Made by a program: the position numbers and the translations under genes
Shown here: positions 14,895 through 22,843 of the stretch, piece by piece
Layout of the letters: every line of letters starts with the position of its first letter
Numbering within the stretch: position 1 is the first letter of the stretch
NCBI GenBank assembly: GCA_964614125.1
Contig: CAZTKB010000004.1
Location: 9,378-33,377, forward strand
DNA from: an uncultured Desulfobacterales bacterium
Lineage (GTDB): Bacteria > Desulfobacterota > Desulfobacteria > Desulfobacterales > Desulfatirhabdiaceae
Length of the DNA stretch: 24,000 nt
Direction: 5' to 3'
The notes under the pieces: generated by a model
What the model saw: the letters and a program-made list of their open reading frames with translations, nothing else
What the model was told of the DNA's origin: nothing
Database searches by the model: none

Positions 14895-15365
14895 ATGAGC
14901 ACCGTGAAAAACATCATGACCACCACCGTAATCACCGTGGGGCCCGAGACCGAAATTGTGGAGGCGGCCCGATTGCTTTTGGAAAACCATATCAACGGCC
15001 TTCCGGTTGTAGACACCAAGGGAAAGCTGATCGGCATTCTGTGCCAGAGCGATTTGGTGGTCCAGCAAAAGAAACTGCCCTTGCCTTCCTTTTTCACCTT
15101 TCTGGAAGGGTACATCCCCCTGACCTCGACCAAACAGATCGAAAAGGAAGTGCGCAAGGCACTGGCCACCACCGTCCAGGATGCCATGACCCCGAACCCC
15201 GTTACCGTGTCCCCGGATACGGAGGTTGCACAGGTCGCGGAATTGATGGTGGATAAAAACTTTCATACCCTCCCGGTCGTACAGGAAGGCCGGTTGGTCG
15301 GCATCGTCGGCAAGGAAGACGTCATCCGGACCTTGGCAGGGCTTCCCGCCTCCCGATCCGCCTAA
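14895..15365 (+). CDS. Stand-alone CBS-pair (Bateman domain) protein, 156 aa
   Basis: I place the start at ATG 14895 (MSTVKNIMTTTVITVGPE...); the ORF-track extension from 14760 is low-complexity and covers the promoter. There are two CBS repeats (IMTTTVITV...GLPVVD..GKLIGIL and AMTPNPVTV...TLPVVQEGRLVGIV) separated by an insertion of about 35 aa. Confidence 0.85.
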   Translation: MSTVKNIMTTTVITVGPETEIVEAARLLLENHINGLPVVDTKGKLIGILCQSDLVVQQKKLPLPSFFTFLEGYIPLTSTKQIEKEVRKALATTVQDAMTPNPVTVSPDTEVAQVAELMVDKNFHTLPVVQEGRLVGIVGKEDVIRTLAGLPASRSA

Positions 15366-16660
15366 TCCGGAAGCAGGTCATAAAAATAGGTCATTGTGTC
15401 CGACCGGGTGATAATCCCGATCATTTTATCGTTTTCCACCACCGGCAGGCGGCCGACATCATATTTCACCATCAGGCGCGCCGCCTGCATCGGGCTTTTT
15501 CCGGGTTCGATCGTCACGACATTTGTGCTCATAAAGGCTTTGACCGGTGCTTTCAAGCGACTTTTGGATTTTATTTTCTTGAAGTCCCTCCGGGAGATCA
15601 TCCCCACGAGACGTCCGTCATCTTCCACCGGCAGCCCCGTGCATCCTTTTTTTCGAAGAATTTCTCCCGCCTCCTCCATGGTGGTGTCCGGAGAAATCGA
15701 GACGACCGGAAAAGACATTAGATCACTGATCTGAACCGAAACATGCCGGTTGCCTTGAATCAAATCCAGGATCATGCTCTCCACTGCTTCCGCGTTGACG
15801 GATTTGAGCATGGCGGAACCGGCTCCGGGGTGACCGCCCCCACCCAGGCTTTTCATCAGAAAACCCATATCGATCGCGTCGATGTTGCTGCGCCCGATCA
15901 CCATGCTTCGCTGCCGTTCCCGGTCGGTGAAAATGCCGAAAGCCGCATCCACATTCATAATCTCCCGGTACATCCGAACCACCACTGCCAGGCTGTCCAC
16001 ATGTCCCTGGATGTCCAGCTTGTTGATGCTGACGCTGAATCCGTTGACCCGGACACGGTCCGCGGACTGAAGCATTTCGAAAAGAATGTTTTTCTGTTTT
16101 TCCCCATACGCCGGCCTCAGGAAGGATCCCAGAATGTTCAAATCGGCTTTCTGTTCCAGCAGGTATCCCGCCGCGAATGCATCCTCGGCCCGGCTGGAAG
16201 GAAACATCAGATTTCCGGTATCCTCATAAATCCCTGTCAAAAACAGCGTCGCCTGAATCGGAGACACTTCAATATGGCGTTCTTTCAGCTCCCGGATCAT
16301 CAGGGTGATGTTCGCGCCCATCTCTTCCACGCATTTCCAGGCAGGATCAATATCTCCCGGAATCATGTGATGGTCCCACAATCGGATCGCAAGCCCTTCC
16401 ATCTCCTTCAGGCGGCCCATTCTTCCCAGACGTCCCCAGCAGTTGACATCCACCACCACCGCAGAGGTCACCCGGTCGATATCAATTTCATCCGGTTCAA
16501 ACAATTGAAACACATCCTTATGGATGGACAGAAACTGCCTCACATTCGGATTGACCGTCCGGGAAATGACTGGGACCGTTCCGGGGTAGATCAGGGTGGC
16601 GGCGATCAGAGAGGCAAGAGCATCGAAATCCGTGTTTTTATGGGTGACGGCGACCTGCAT
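15362..16660 (-). CDS. DHH-DHHA1 phosphoesterase fused to a C-terminal CBS pair, 432 aa
   Basis: I place the start at ATG 16660 (MQVAVTHKNTDFDALAS...). DHH motifs I-IV are present: HKNTDFDA, VVVDVN, WDHH, GIYEDTG. The DHHA1 motif is GGGGHPGAGSA. Two CBS repeats follow (LMSFPVVSI...GLPVEDDGRLVGMI; FMSTNVVTI...RLPVVENDKMIGII). The stop overlaps the convergent CBS gene by 4 nt. Confidence 0.85.
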   Translation of the reverse strand: MQVAVTHKNTDFDALASLIAATLIYPGTVPVISRTVNPNVRQFLSIHKDVFQLFEPDEIDIDRVTSAVVVDVNCWGRLGRMGRLKEMEGLAIRLWDHHMIPGDIDPAWKCVEEMGANITLMIRELKERHIEVSPIQATLFLTGIYEDTGNLMFPSSRAEDAFAAGYLLEQKADLNILGSFLRPAYGEKQKNILFEMLQSADRVRVNGFSVSINKLDIQGHVDSLAVVVRMYREIMNVDAAFGIFTDRERQRSMVIGRSNIDAIDMGFLMKSLGGGGHPGAGSAMLKSVNAEAVESMILDLIQGNRHVSVQISDLMSFPVVSISPDTTMEEAGEILRKKGCTGLPVEDDGRLVGMISRRDFKKIKSKSRLKAPVKAFMSTNVVTIEPGKSPMQAARLMVKYDVGRLPVVENDKMIGIITRSDTMTYFYDLLPD

Positions 16661-16677
16661 GGATAAGATCCTGTGTG

Positions 16678-17490
16678 CTACCGGGGTTGAGATAAATCGA
16701 CTTTTGTCGATTCGGAACATGCCTGCCATTCAATCCGCGGACTTGCGCCCCCTGGACCGGCGGTGAGTTGGGGTGTCCGATCGGCAGGAGGAGATGCCTC
16801 CAACTGCAGCCTGAATTTTTCGATTTCCATCCGGCTCTCGATAGTTCGGCGTGCCAGAAGATATCGCAGATAGATAATCCAGAGTATAATACCCAGAAAA
16901 GCGAACGCAAGCGCCGCAAAGAACCATTTGAAACGAACAATGGTTTCGACCCCCAGGTTGCCCAGGTAGATGAAAAAGTTGGGGACAATCCAGTAGGAAA
17001 GAACGCCGACCAGAACCAGGAACCCGATCGCGAATATATTCAGACGTCCCACGGCGGCCAGAATCCGTTCCAGCCGGGTTTCGTATTCCGTGGTTTTTTC
17101 GGGGGATCTTCTGGAATCCGGCGGGCTGTTCCCGTAAACCAGCGCTCCCACGGCACGGGAAATAAAGGCAAACAGCAACACCGCACCGATCGGAATGCCC
17201 AGTGCCGCGCTGAGCCAGGCCCTAAAAGGAAACGGTTCCTCCCGCGTGACCAGATTAACCTGATACTGATCCAACGGACCGAATGTTTTTTCAAAATAGT
17301 ATTTATTGAAACTGCTGAGGCTGTTCCCGTCAGACACATGAATCACGTTGCCGCGTTGGTCGCGGATTTCCAGGTAGGATTTTCGGCCGGACTGGATCGC
17401 GGCAATGGCGAAAATTTCCAGTTCGATCAGAAACACGCCAATGGCGATAATGACAAACAGGGTCTTGTTTTCTCGAAACAAAGATGACAT
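16678..17490 (-). CDS. Hypothetical integral membrane protein (about 4 TM helices, 270 aa), family not recognised
   Basis: I place the start at ATG 17490 (MSSLFRENKTLFVIIAIGVFLIELEIFAIAAI...). It has hydrophobic helices, a soluble loop of about 70 aa after TM1, and a charged or low-complexity C-terminus. It ends 17 nt before the DHH gene start, so the two are probably co-transcribed. No clear SD is present. Confidence 0.6.
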   Translation of the reverse strand: MSSLFRENKTLFVIIAIGVFLIELEIFAIAAIQSGRKSYLEIRDQRGNVIHVSDGNSLSSFNKYYFEKTFGPLDQYQVNLVTREEPFPFRAWLSAALGIPIGAVLLFAFISRAVGALVYGNSPPDSRRSPEKTTEYETRLERILAAVGRLNIFAIGFLVLVGVLSYWIVPNFFIYLGNLGVETIVRFKWFFAALAFAFLGIILWIIYLRYLLARRTIESRMEIEKFRLQLEASPPADRTPQLTAGPGGASPRIEWQACSESTKVDLSQPR

Positions 17491-17575
17491 ATTGGGTACG
17501 ATGATCCAGATCCGGGTCGAACCGGCCGCCCATCCGCCACACACCGGAATTCTGGGCCGCCGGATCGAGTATGTT

Positions 17576-17598
17576 CACTGAATGAATATCATACAGTG
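17576..17598. promoter_or_regulatory. Candidate third FadR-type box (degenerate): CACTGAATGAATATCATACAGTG
   Basis: The left half CTGAATGAATAT matches box 2 at 11 of 12 positions. The right half is degenerate and 1 nt closer. Overall it is an imperfect 23-bp palindrome (9 of 11 arm pairs). It lies in the 151-bp divergent region between ATG 17490 (-) and ATG 17642 (+). Confidence 0.35.
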
Positions 17599-17641
17599 GT
17601 TTGAAGATTCAAGCTGGAAAAAGATCGAACAGGGAAGGCTG

Positions 17642-18688
17642 ATGAAAGAAATACGCCATCAGGCACGAAGGATGTTGGAAGGGTTTTGCCGGGTTTGTCC
17701 AGTCTGTGACGGAAGAGCCTGTGCCGGAGAAGTTCCGGGGATGGGGGGGATCGGGACCGGCGCGACCTTCCGGGATAATATTCGATCCTTAGCCGAAATT
17801 CGCTTTGCGATGCGGGTGATCCATGACACGGCTCAACCCAACACTTCCGTTTCCCTGTTGGGAATGAATCTGGACCTCCCTGTTTTGGCCGCCCCGATCG
17901 GCGGCGTGTCCTTCAATATGGGCGGAAAAGTCTCTGAATCGGAATATATCGAATCCAAGCTTTCCGGATGCCTCGACAGCGGGATCATCGGGTGCACCGG
18001 AGATGGAGTGCCTGATTTTATTTATGAATCCGGATTTCAGGCCATCCGGAAACTCGGCGGACATGGTATCCCCTTCATCAAACCCTGGGAAGATCGGGAA
18101 CTTTATGAAAAACTGGAAAAAGCTCTGAAAACCGGGGCCCGAACCGTCGGGATCGATGTGGATGCCGCCGGATTGATCACGTTACGCCTCATGGGCCGAC
18201 CGGTCTTTCCCCGGACTGTTGACAAACTTTCCCGTATCATGGCCGACACACATACGGATTTCATTCTCAAGGGCATCATGACCCCGGAAGACGCCCGACT
18301 GGCCGTGGATGCCGGCGCCAAGGCCATCGTGGTATCCAATCACGGAGGAAGGGTCCTGGATCATGTTCCCGGTACCGCCCGTGTACTGCCGGAAATCGCC
18401 GCCGCCATCCGGGGAAAGATATCCGTCCTGGTTGACGGCGGAATTCGAAGCGGAGCCGATATCCTCAAAATGCTGGCACTGGGCGCGGACGCGGTGTTGA
18501 TCGGAAGACCGTTTTCGATTGCGGTGCTGGGCGGAGGGGCATCCGGTGTGGAACAATATATCAAACAGCTGAAAACCGAGTTGATGCAGGCGATGGTCCT
18601 AACCGGCACCGCGGACCTTTCCCGGGTTGATGACCGGATCCTGGTTTTCCCTAACCGACAACCGTTGTTTGCGGGAATGAATTCATGA
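17642..18688 (+). CDS. FMN-dependent alpha-hydroxy-acid oxidoreductase family protein (TIM barrel) with an N-terminal Cys-rich motif, 348 aa
   Basis: I place the start at ATG 17642 (MKEIRHQARRMLEGFCRVCPVCDGRAC...), with GGGAAGG just upstream; the ORF-track start is 17582. Family motifs are present: VVSNHGGRVLDHVPG, VDGGIRSGADILKMLALGADAVLIGRPF. ATGA overlap with the next gene. Confidence 0.8.
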   Translation: MKEIRHQARRMLEGFCRVCPVCDGRACAGEVPGMGGIGTGATFRDNIRSLAEIRFAMRVIHDTAQPNTSVSLLGMNLDLPVLAAPIGGVSFNMGGKVSESEYIESKLSGCLDSGIIGCTGDGVPDFIYESGFQAIRKLGGHGIPFIKPWEDRELYEKLEKALKTGARTVGIDVDAAGLITLRLMGRPVFPRTVDKLSRIMADTHTDFILKGIMTPEDARLAVDAGAKAIVVSNHGGRVLDHVPGTARVLPEIAAAIRGKISVLVDGGIRSGADILKMLALGADAVLIGRPFSIAVLGGGASGVEQYIKQLKTELMQAMVLTGTADLSRVDDRILVFPNRQPLFAGMNS

Positions 18689-19239
18689 GCAAAGTCGTTC
18701 TTTCCGTATTCGGTCCAGACCGTCCCGGTATTCTGGCCGCAGTTTCCCGCCTGCTGTTTGAGCAGGACTGCAACATCGAAAACGTCACCCAGACTATTCT
18801 CCAATCCGAGTTTTCCGGTATTTTCATCGCCGAAATTCCGGAAAGACTGAGCGTTTCCAGATTGCGGGATCTGCTGAATTCCGCCATCGAACCGATGGAC
18901 CTCCAGGCATACGTCAAGCCCCTGCAATCCAGCCTTCCCGCCTTACACGGGAAGGCCAGCGAACCGTTTGTCATCACGACCCGCGGGCCTGACCGAAAGG
19001 GACTGGTTGCCCGAATCACCCGGATCATTGCGGACTACGGGGTCAACGTAACCAACCTGCAGGCCGTGTTTCGGGGTGGAGATAACCCCTTTGACAACAT
19101 GATGATCTATGAAGTGGACATACCCACAGACATTGATCAAAATGCCTTTCAGGCGGACCTCCGTCGACAGGCGGCTGAACTTGACCTGATCGTCAGCATT
19201 CAGCACCAGAAAATCTTCGAGGCCATCAACCGGGTGTAG
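18685..19239 (+). CDS. Tandem-ACT-domain protein (GcvR-like/UPF0237-like ligand-binding regulator), 184 aa
   Basis: Two ACT-type repeats each open with the typical strand-loop-helix: VVLSVFGPDRPGILAAVSRLL and FVITTRGPDRKGLVARITRII. It is translationally coupled to the upstream FMN enzyme gene. Confidence 0.75.
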   Translation: MSKVVLSVFGPDRPGILAAVSRLLFEQDCNIENVTQTILQSEFSGIFIAEIPERLSVSRLRDLLNSAIEPMDLQAYVKPLQSSLPALHGKASEPFVITTRGPDRKGLVARITRIIADYGVNVTNLQAVFRGGDNPFDNMMIYEVDIPTDIDQNAFQADLRRQAAELDLIVSIQHQKIFEAINRV

Positions 19240-19261
19240 CCACTTCAAAACGGGAGTTTTC

Positions 19262-20635
19262 ATGCTCAGCACCACCGAAGTCATCTCGACACTCGAAATG
19301 CTCCAGAATGAACATCTGGATGTGCGAACCGTCACGCTTGGGCTCAACCTTCTGGATTGTGCCAGCGACAACCTGGACCGTTTCCGGGACAACATCCGCC
19401 GGAGGATCTTGGAAAAGGCCGGCCGCCTCGTGTCGGCATGTGATTCCATTGGTGACACCTACGGAATACCGGTGGTAAACAAGCGGATTTCCGTCAGTCC
19501 CATCGCAGTTGCCGGAGCGTGCTTTTCTGCGGACCAGCTGGTTCACATCGCCCGGACCTTGAACGATGCCGCAGCCGAAGTACGGGTGGATTTCATCGGC
19601 GGGTTCACTGCCCTGGTTGAAAAAGGAATCGCACGGGGCGACCGGGCGCTGATCGAGGCGATCCCCCCTGCCCTGACGGAAACCGAGCGACTCTGCGCAT
19701 CCGTGAACGTCGCTTCGACGCGGGCCGGCATCAATATGGACGCCGTCATGTTGATGGGAAAAACTATCCGGGAAGCGGCCCGCCTCACCGCAGACCGGGA
19801 TGGACTGGCCTGCGCCAAACTGTGCGTCTTCGCCAACATTCCCGAGGACATCCCGTTTATGGCAGGAGCCTACCTGGGAATCGGTGAGGCCGATGCAGTC
19901 ATCAACGTCGGCGTGAGCGGTCCTGGAGTTGTCAAAAAAGCCATCGACCGGGCACTCGCCTCCGATCCGTCCCTCAATCTGGGACAGATCTCCGAAATCA
20001 TCAAACGGACCGCTTACAAGGTCACCCGGGTCGGAGAATTGATCGGAAGGGAGGTAGCGCAAAAACTCGGAATCCGGTTCGGAGTGGTCGATCTCAGCCT
20101 GGCGCCGACCCCGAATGTCGGCGACAGCGTCGGAGAGATCTTTCAAAGCCTGGGGCTGGACAGCATCGGCGTACCGGGCAGCACGGCCGCTTTGGCCATG
20201 TTAAACGACGCGGTGAAAAAAGGAGGCGCCTTCGCCAGTTCCCATGTCGGGGGCCTGAGCGGTGCGTTCATCCCGGTCAGCGAGGATCTCAACATCGGCG
20301 AAGCGGCCGGAAAGGGCTTTCTTTCCCTGGAAAAACTGGAAGCCCTCACTTGTGTCTGCTCAGTCGGGCTGGATATGGTGGCCATCCCCGGAGACACCTC
20401 GGCGGAAACCATCGCGGCCGTTATCGCTGATGAGATGGCGATCGGGGTGATCAACAAAAAAACCACAGCAGCCCGGCTGATTCCGGTTCCCGGGAAACAA
20501 GCGGGAGACCGCGCGTTTTTCGGAGGGCTTCTCGGGGAAGCCCCGATCATTCCGGTAAACAACGGAACTCGGCCCAATCGCTTTATTCGGTTGGGCGGGC
20601 TGATTCCCGCACCGATCCACAGCCTGACCAATTGA
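19262..20635 (+). CDS. UPF0210/DUF711 family protein (often annotated as a PFL-like family protein), 457 aa, function unknown
   Basis: GGGAG lies 6 nt upstream. The N-terminus (EVISTLEMLQNEHLDVRTVTLGLNLLDC...), the length and the partnership with an ACT protein match what I recall of the UPF0210 family. Confidence 0.75.
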   Translation: MLSTTEVISTLEMLQNEHLDVRTVTLGLNLLDCASDNLDRFRDNIRRRILEKAGRLVSACDSIGDTYGIPVVNKRISVSPIAVAGACFSADQLVHIARTLNDAAAEVRVDFIGGFTALVEKGIARGDRALIEAIPPALTETERLCASVNVASTRAGINMDAVMLMGKTIREAARLTADRDGLACAKLCVFANIPEDIPFMAGAYLGIGEADAVINVGVSGPGVVKKAIDRALASDPSLNLGQISEIIKRTAYKVTRVGELIGREVAQKLGIRFGVVDLSLAPTPNVGDSVGEIFQSLGLDSIGVPGSTAALAMLNDAVKKGGAFASSHVGGLSGAFIPVSEDLNIGEAAGKGFLSLEKLEALTCVCSVGLDMVAIPGDTSAETIAAVIADEMAIGVINKKTTAARLIPVPGKQAGDRAFFGGLLGEAPIIPVNNGTRPNRFIRLGGLIPAPIHSLTN

Positions 20636-20716
20636 CCGGACGGCGGACACTCCTCAAAAAAAACCATTGTTATTCCAAGGTCCTCGTTTTCATAACGTAC
20701 ACACAAGGAGGAAGAC

Positions 20717-21196
20717 ATGGCTAACCGAGAAGCCGGCCGGGCCGGCCCGATTTTCAAGGTGCTGATCATCGGAATCGTTTTCGGCGCGATCCTGACCGCC
20801 GGAGCGGGTTTTGGAATGAAAATTTCCGACGAGCGTCCGTTCTGCTCCAGTTGCCATATCATGTACGAAGCGGCCCGGACGCACAAAGAGTCTCCTCATG
20901 CCAAAATTTCATGCAACGAATGTCATTCCCCGCACAATCTTCTGAAAAAACTGCCCTTCAAGGCGGCGTCCGGAACCCGGGATGTGTTTATGAACACCTT
21001 CGGCAGTCCCGAGGAACCGATTCATGCCGGTGACACCACCCGGCAGGTGGTAAACGTGAATTGTCAGAATTGCCACACGGTCACCAACATGAACGTGGCC
21101 AGCATGGATGCAAAGCCCTTTTGCACCGATTGTCACCGGAACGTCCAGCATATGCGCATGAAACCGATCAGCACAAGGAAGGTGTCCGATGTTTGA
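20717..21196 (+). CDS. nrfH: NrfH, membrane-anchored tetrahaem cytochrome c quinol dehydrogenase (NapC/NirT family), 159 aa
   Basis: AAGGAGG lies 5 nt upstream. It has an N-terminal TM helix and four CXXCH motifs (CSSCH, CNECH, CQNCH, CTDCH). It overlaps the nrfA start by 8 nt. Confidence 0.9.
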   Translation: MANREAGRAGPIFKVLIIGIVFGAILTAGAGFGMKISDERPFCSSCHIMYEAARTHKESPHAKISCNECHSPHNLLKKLPFKAASGTRDVFMNTFGSPEEPIHAGDTTRQVVNVNCQNCHTVTNMNVASMDAKPFCTDCHRNVQHMRMKPISTRKVSDV

Positions 21197-22756
21197 TAAC
21201 AACCATACCCGACGGATCGTTTGCTTTTTCCTGTTGACCGCTGCCGCGCTGGGATTTTCCGCCTGCTCGGATGTTCCGGAGTTGACGGTTCCCGTGTATC
21301 AGACCAAATTGCCTTCCGAAGAAATCAAAAACAGCGCTTTCAAGGCCGAATTCCCCCGGCATTATGATTATTACCTGCGGAACGATGAAAGCGAGATCAT
21401 GACCGAATACAATGGTTCGGTCCCGTACAACAAACACAACAACGTCGACCCGCTTCCGGAAGGATACAAGCATGCCCAACCCTACTTGAAAAACCTGTGG
21501 CTGGGATATCCTTTCAGTTATGAATATCGGGCCGCCAGGGGCATACCCATGCGGTAGAGGATTTTCTGCACATCGACCGGATCAACACCTACGGGGAAAA
21601 CGGCGGCCTTCCCAACACCTGCTGGAACTGCAAGACCCCGAAAATGCTGGAATGGCCCAAACAATTCGGAGACGAGTTCTGGGGTAAAGACGTCAACACT
21701 CTGCGGGACAAGCTGGATCCCCGGGATCACACCATCGGATGCGCCAATTGTCACGACCCCAAAACCATGGAACTGCGCCTCTACAGCATTCCGCTCCAAG
21801 ACTATCTGAAACTGTCGGGCAAAGATTTTAAAACTCTGCCCAGAAACGAGAAGCGGGCCCTCATGTGCGGCCAGTGCCACGTGGAATACTACTTTTTGGA
21901 CAAATCATTCGGACCGGCCAAAAAGGTGAAATTCCCCTGGGACAACGGGATGGATCCGGAAGAAATTTATACCTACTACATGAATGTGGGAGAGTGTACG
22001 GTCAAGGGATTCGAAGGCAATTTCGTGGATTGGACGCACCCGGTATCCAAAACCCCGATGCTCAAAGCCCAGCACCCGGAATACGAGAACTGGATCAACG
22101 GCCCCCACGGAGCCGCCGGAGTCTCCTGTGCCGACTGTCATATGGCCTACGTACGAACCGAGGATAAGAAAAAAATCTCCTCCCACTGGTGGACATCCCC
22201 GCTAAAAGATCCGGAATTGCGGGCCTGCCGGCAGTGCCATTCGGACAAGACCCCCGAATACCTGAAATCCCGCGTTTTGTTCTCCCAGAAACGAACATTT
22301 GACCAGTTGTTGATCGCCCAGGAATTGTCCGTCAAAGCGCATGAAGCGGTCCGGCTCGCTTTGGAATTCACGGGGGAAAAATCGGAAAAATATGAACAAC
22401 TGGTGATCGAAGCCCAGCAGAATATCCGAAAAGGACAGTTTTTCTGGGATTATGTATCCGCGGAAAACAGTGTGGGTTTTCACAACCCGGTCAAGGCACT
22501 GACTACCCTGGCCACCTCCCAGCAATGCAGCCAGAAGGCGATCGATTTGGCCAGCGAAGCCACCGGATTTGCCATCGCCGGGAACCTGGCGGGGGATATT
22601 CACCAGATCGTTCCACCGATTTTAAAACACAGCCGAAAGCTGCAGCAGGATCCGGAACATATGAAAACCCATGTCTGGTTCCGCTACATCCCGCTGCTTC
22701 CGCCGGCGGAAAAGTTCTGGGACGGCCAAAAACGTCTCCGGGAGCCGGCAGCCTGA
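21189..22756 (+). pseudogene. nrfA: NrfA, pentahaem cytochrome c nitrite reductase, interrupted by a 1-nt frameshift at about 21537-21542 (about 520 aa if restored)
   Basis: ORF 21189..21557 ends ...LWLGYPFSYEYRAARGIPMR*. The second ORF's frame (21644..22756) is open from 21524. Translated from 21539 it reads GHTHAVEDFLHIDRINTYGENGGLPNTCWNCKTPKMLEWPKQF..., which supplies the conserved RGH and the CXXCK active-site haem motif (CWNCK). It is followed by CANCH, CGQCH, CADCH and CRQCH. One extra base in the run AGGGGC would join the two parts. Confidence 0.9.
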
Positions 22757-22806
22757 TCGGGATCCCCTATCCTTCCAACCAAGCAACCATAATAACCCAG
22801 GAGGAA

Positions 22807-22840
22807 CATGGGGAGCGCCGTACCACCGGCGCCCCCCATG
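22807..22840. terminator. Bidirectional hairpin between the convergent nrfA and acyl-CoA synthetase genes
   Basis: CATGGGGAGCGCCG-TACCAC-CGGCGCCCCCCATG forms a 14-bp GC-rich stem with one A/C mismatch. It lies in the 87-bp gap and ends 3 nt from the minus-strand stop codon. Confidence 0.5.
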
Positions 22841-22843
22841 GAA

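Noticed and set aside
17582-17641. ORF-track N-terminal extensions from longest-ORF starts: 17582 for the FMN enzyme, 5746 for NUDIX, 14760 for CBS, 16729 for DHH, 17544 for the membrane protein, 14295 for the second pqiA, 4645 for the acyl-CoA dehydrogenase and 11305 for the oxidoreductase.
   Set aside because: The extensions overlap upstream genes or promoters, lack SD sequences, and add non-homologous low-complexity residues. Internal starts with an SD or ATGA coupling give the family-typical N-termini.
18677-18686. The palindrome ATGAATTCAT at the FMN-enzyme/ACT junction, considered as a possible fourth FadR-type box.
   Set aside because: The arms are only half length and the centre is 2 nt shorter than in the operators. 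It is fully explained by coding (GMNS-stop overlapping MSK) plus an EcoRI-type palindrome, and it lies inside an operon rather than at a promoter.
21537-21542. Programmed -1 ribosomal frameshifting as the explanation for the nrfA frame change.
   Set aside because: There is no X-XXY-YYZ slippery heptamer and no obvious downstream stimulatory hairpin or pseudoknot, and NrfA is not known to be recoded. A homopolymer indel (sequencing error or mutation) is far more parsimonious.
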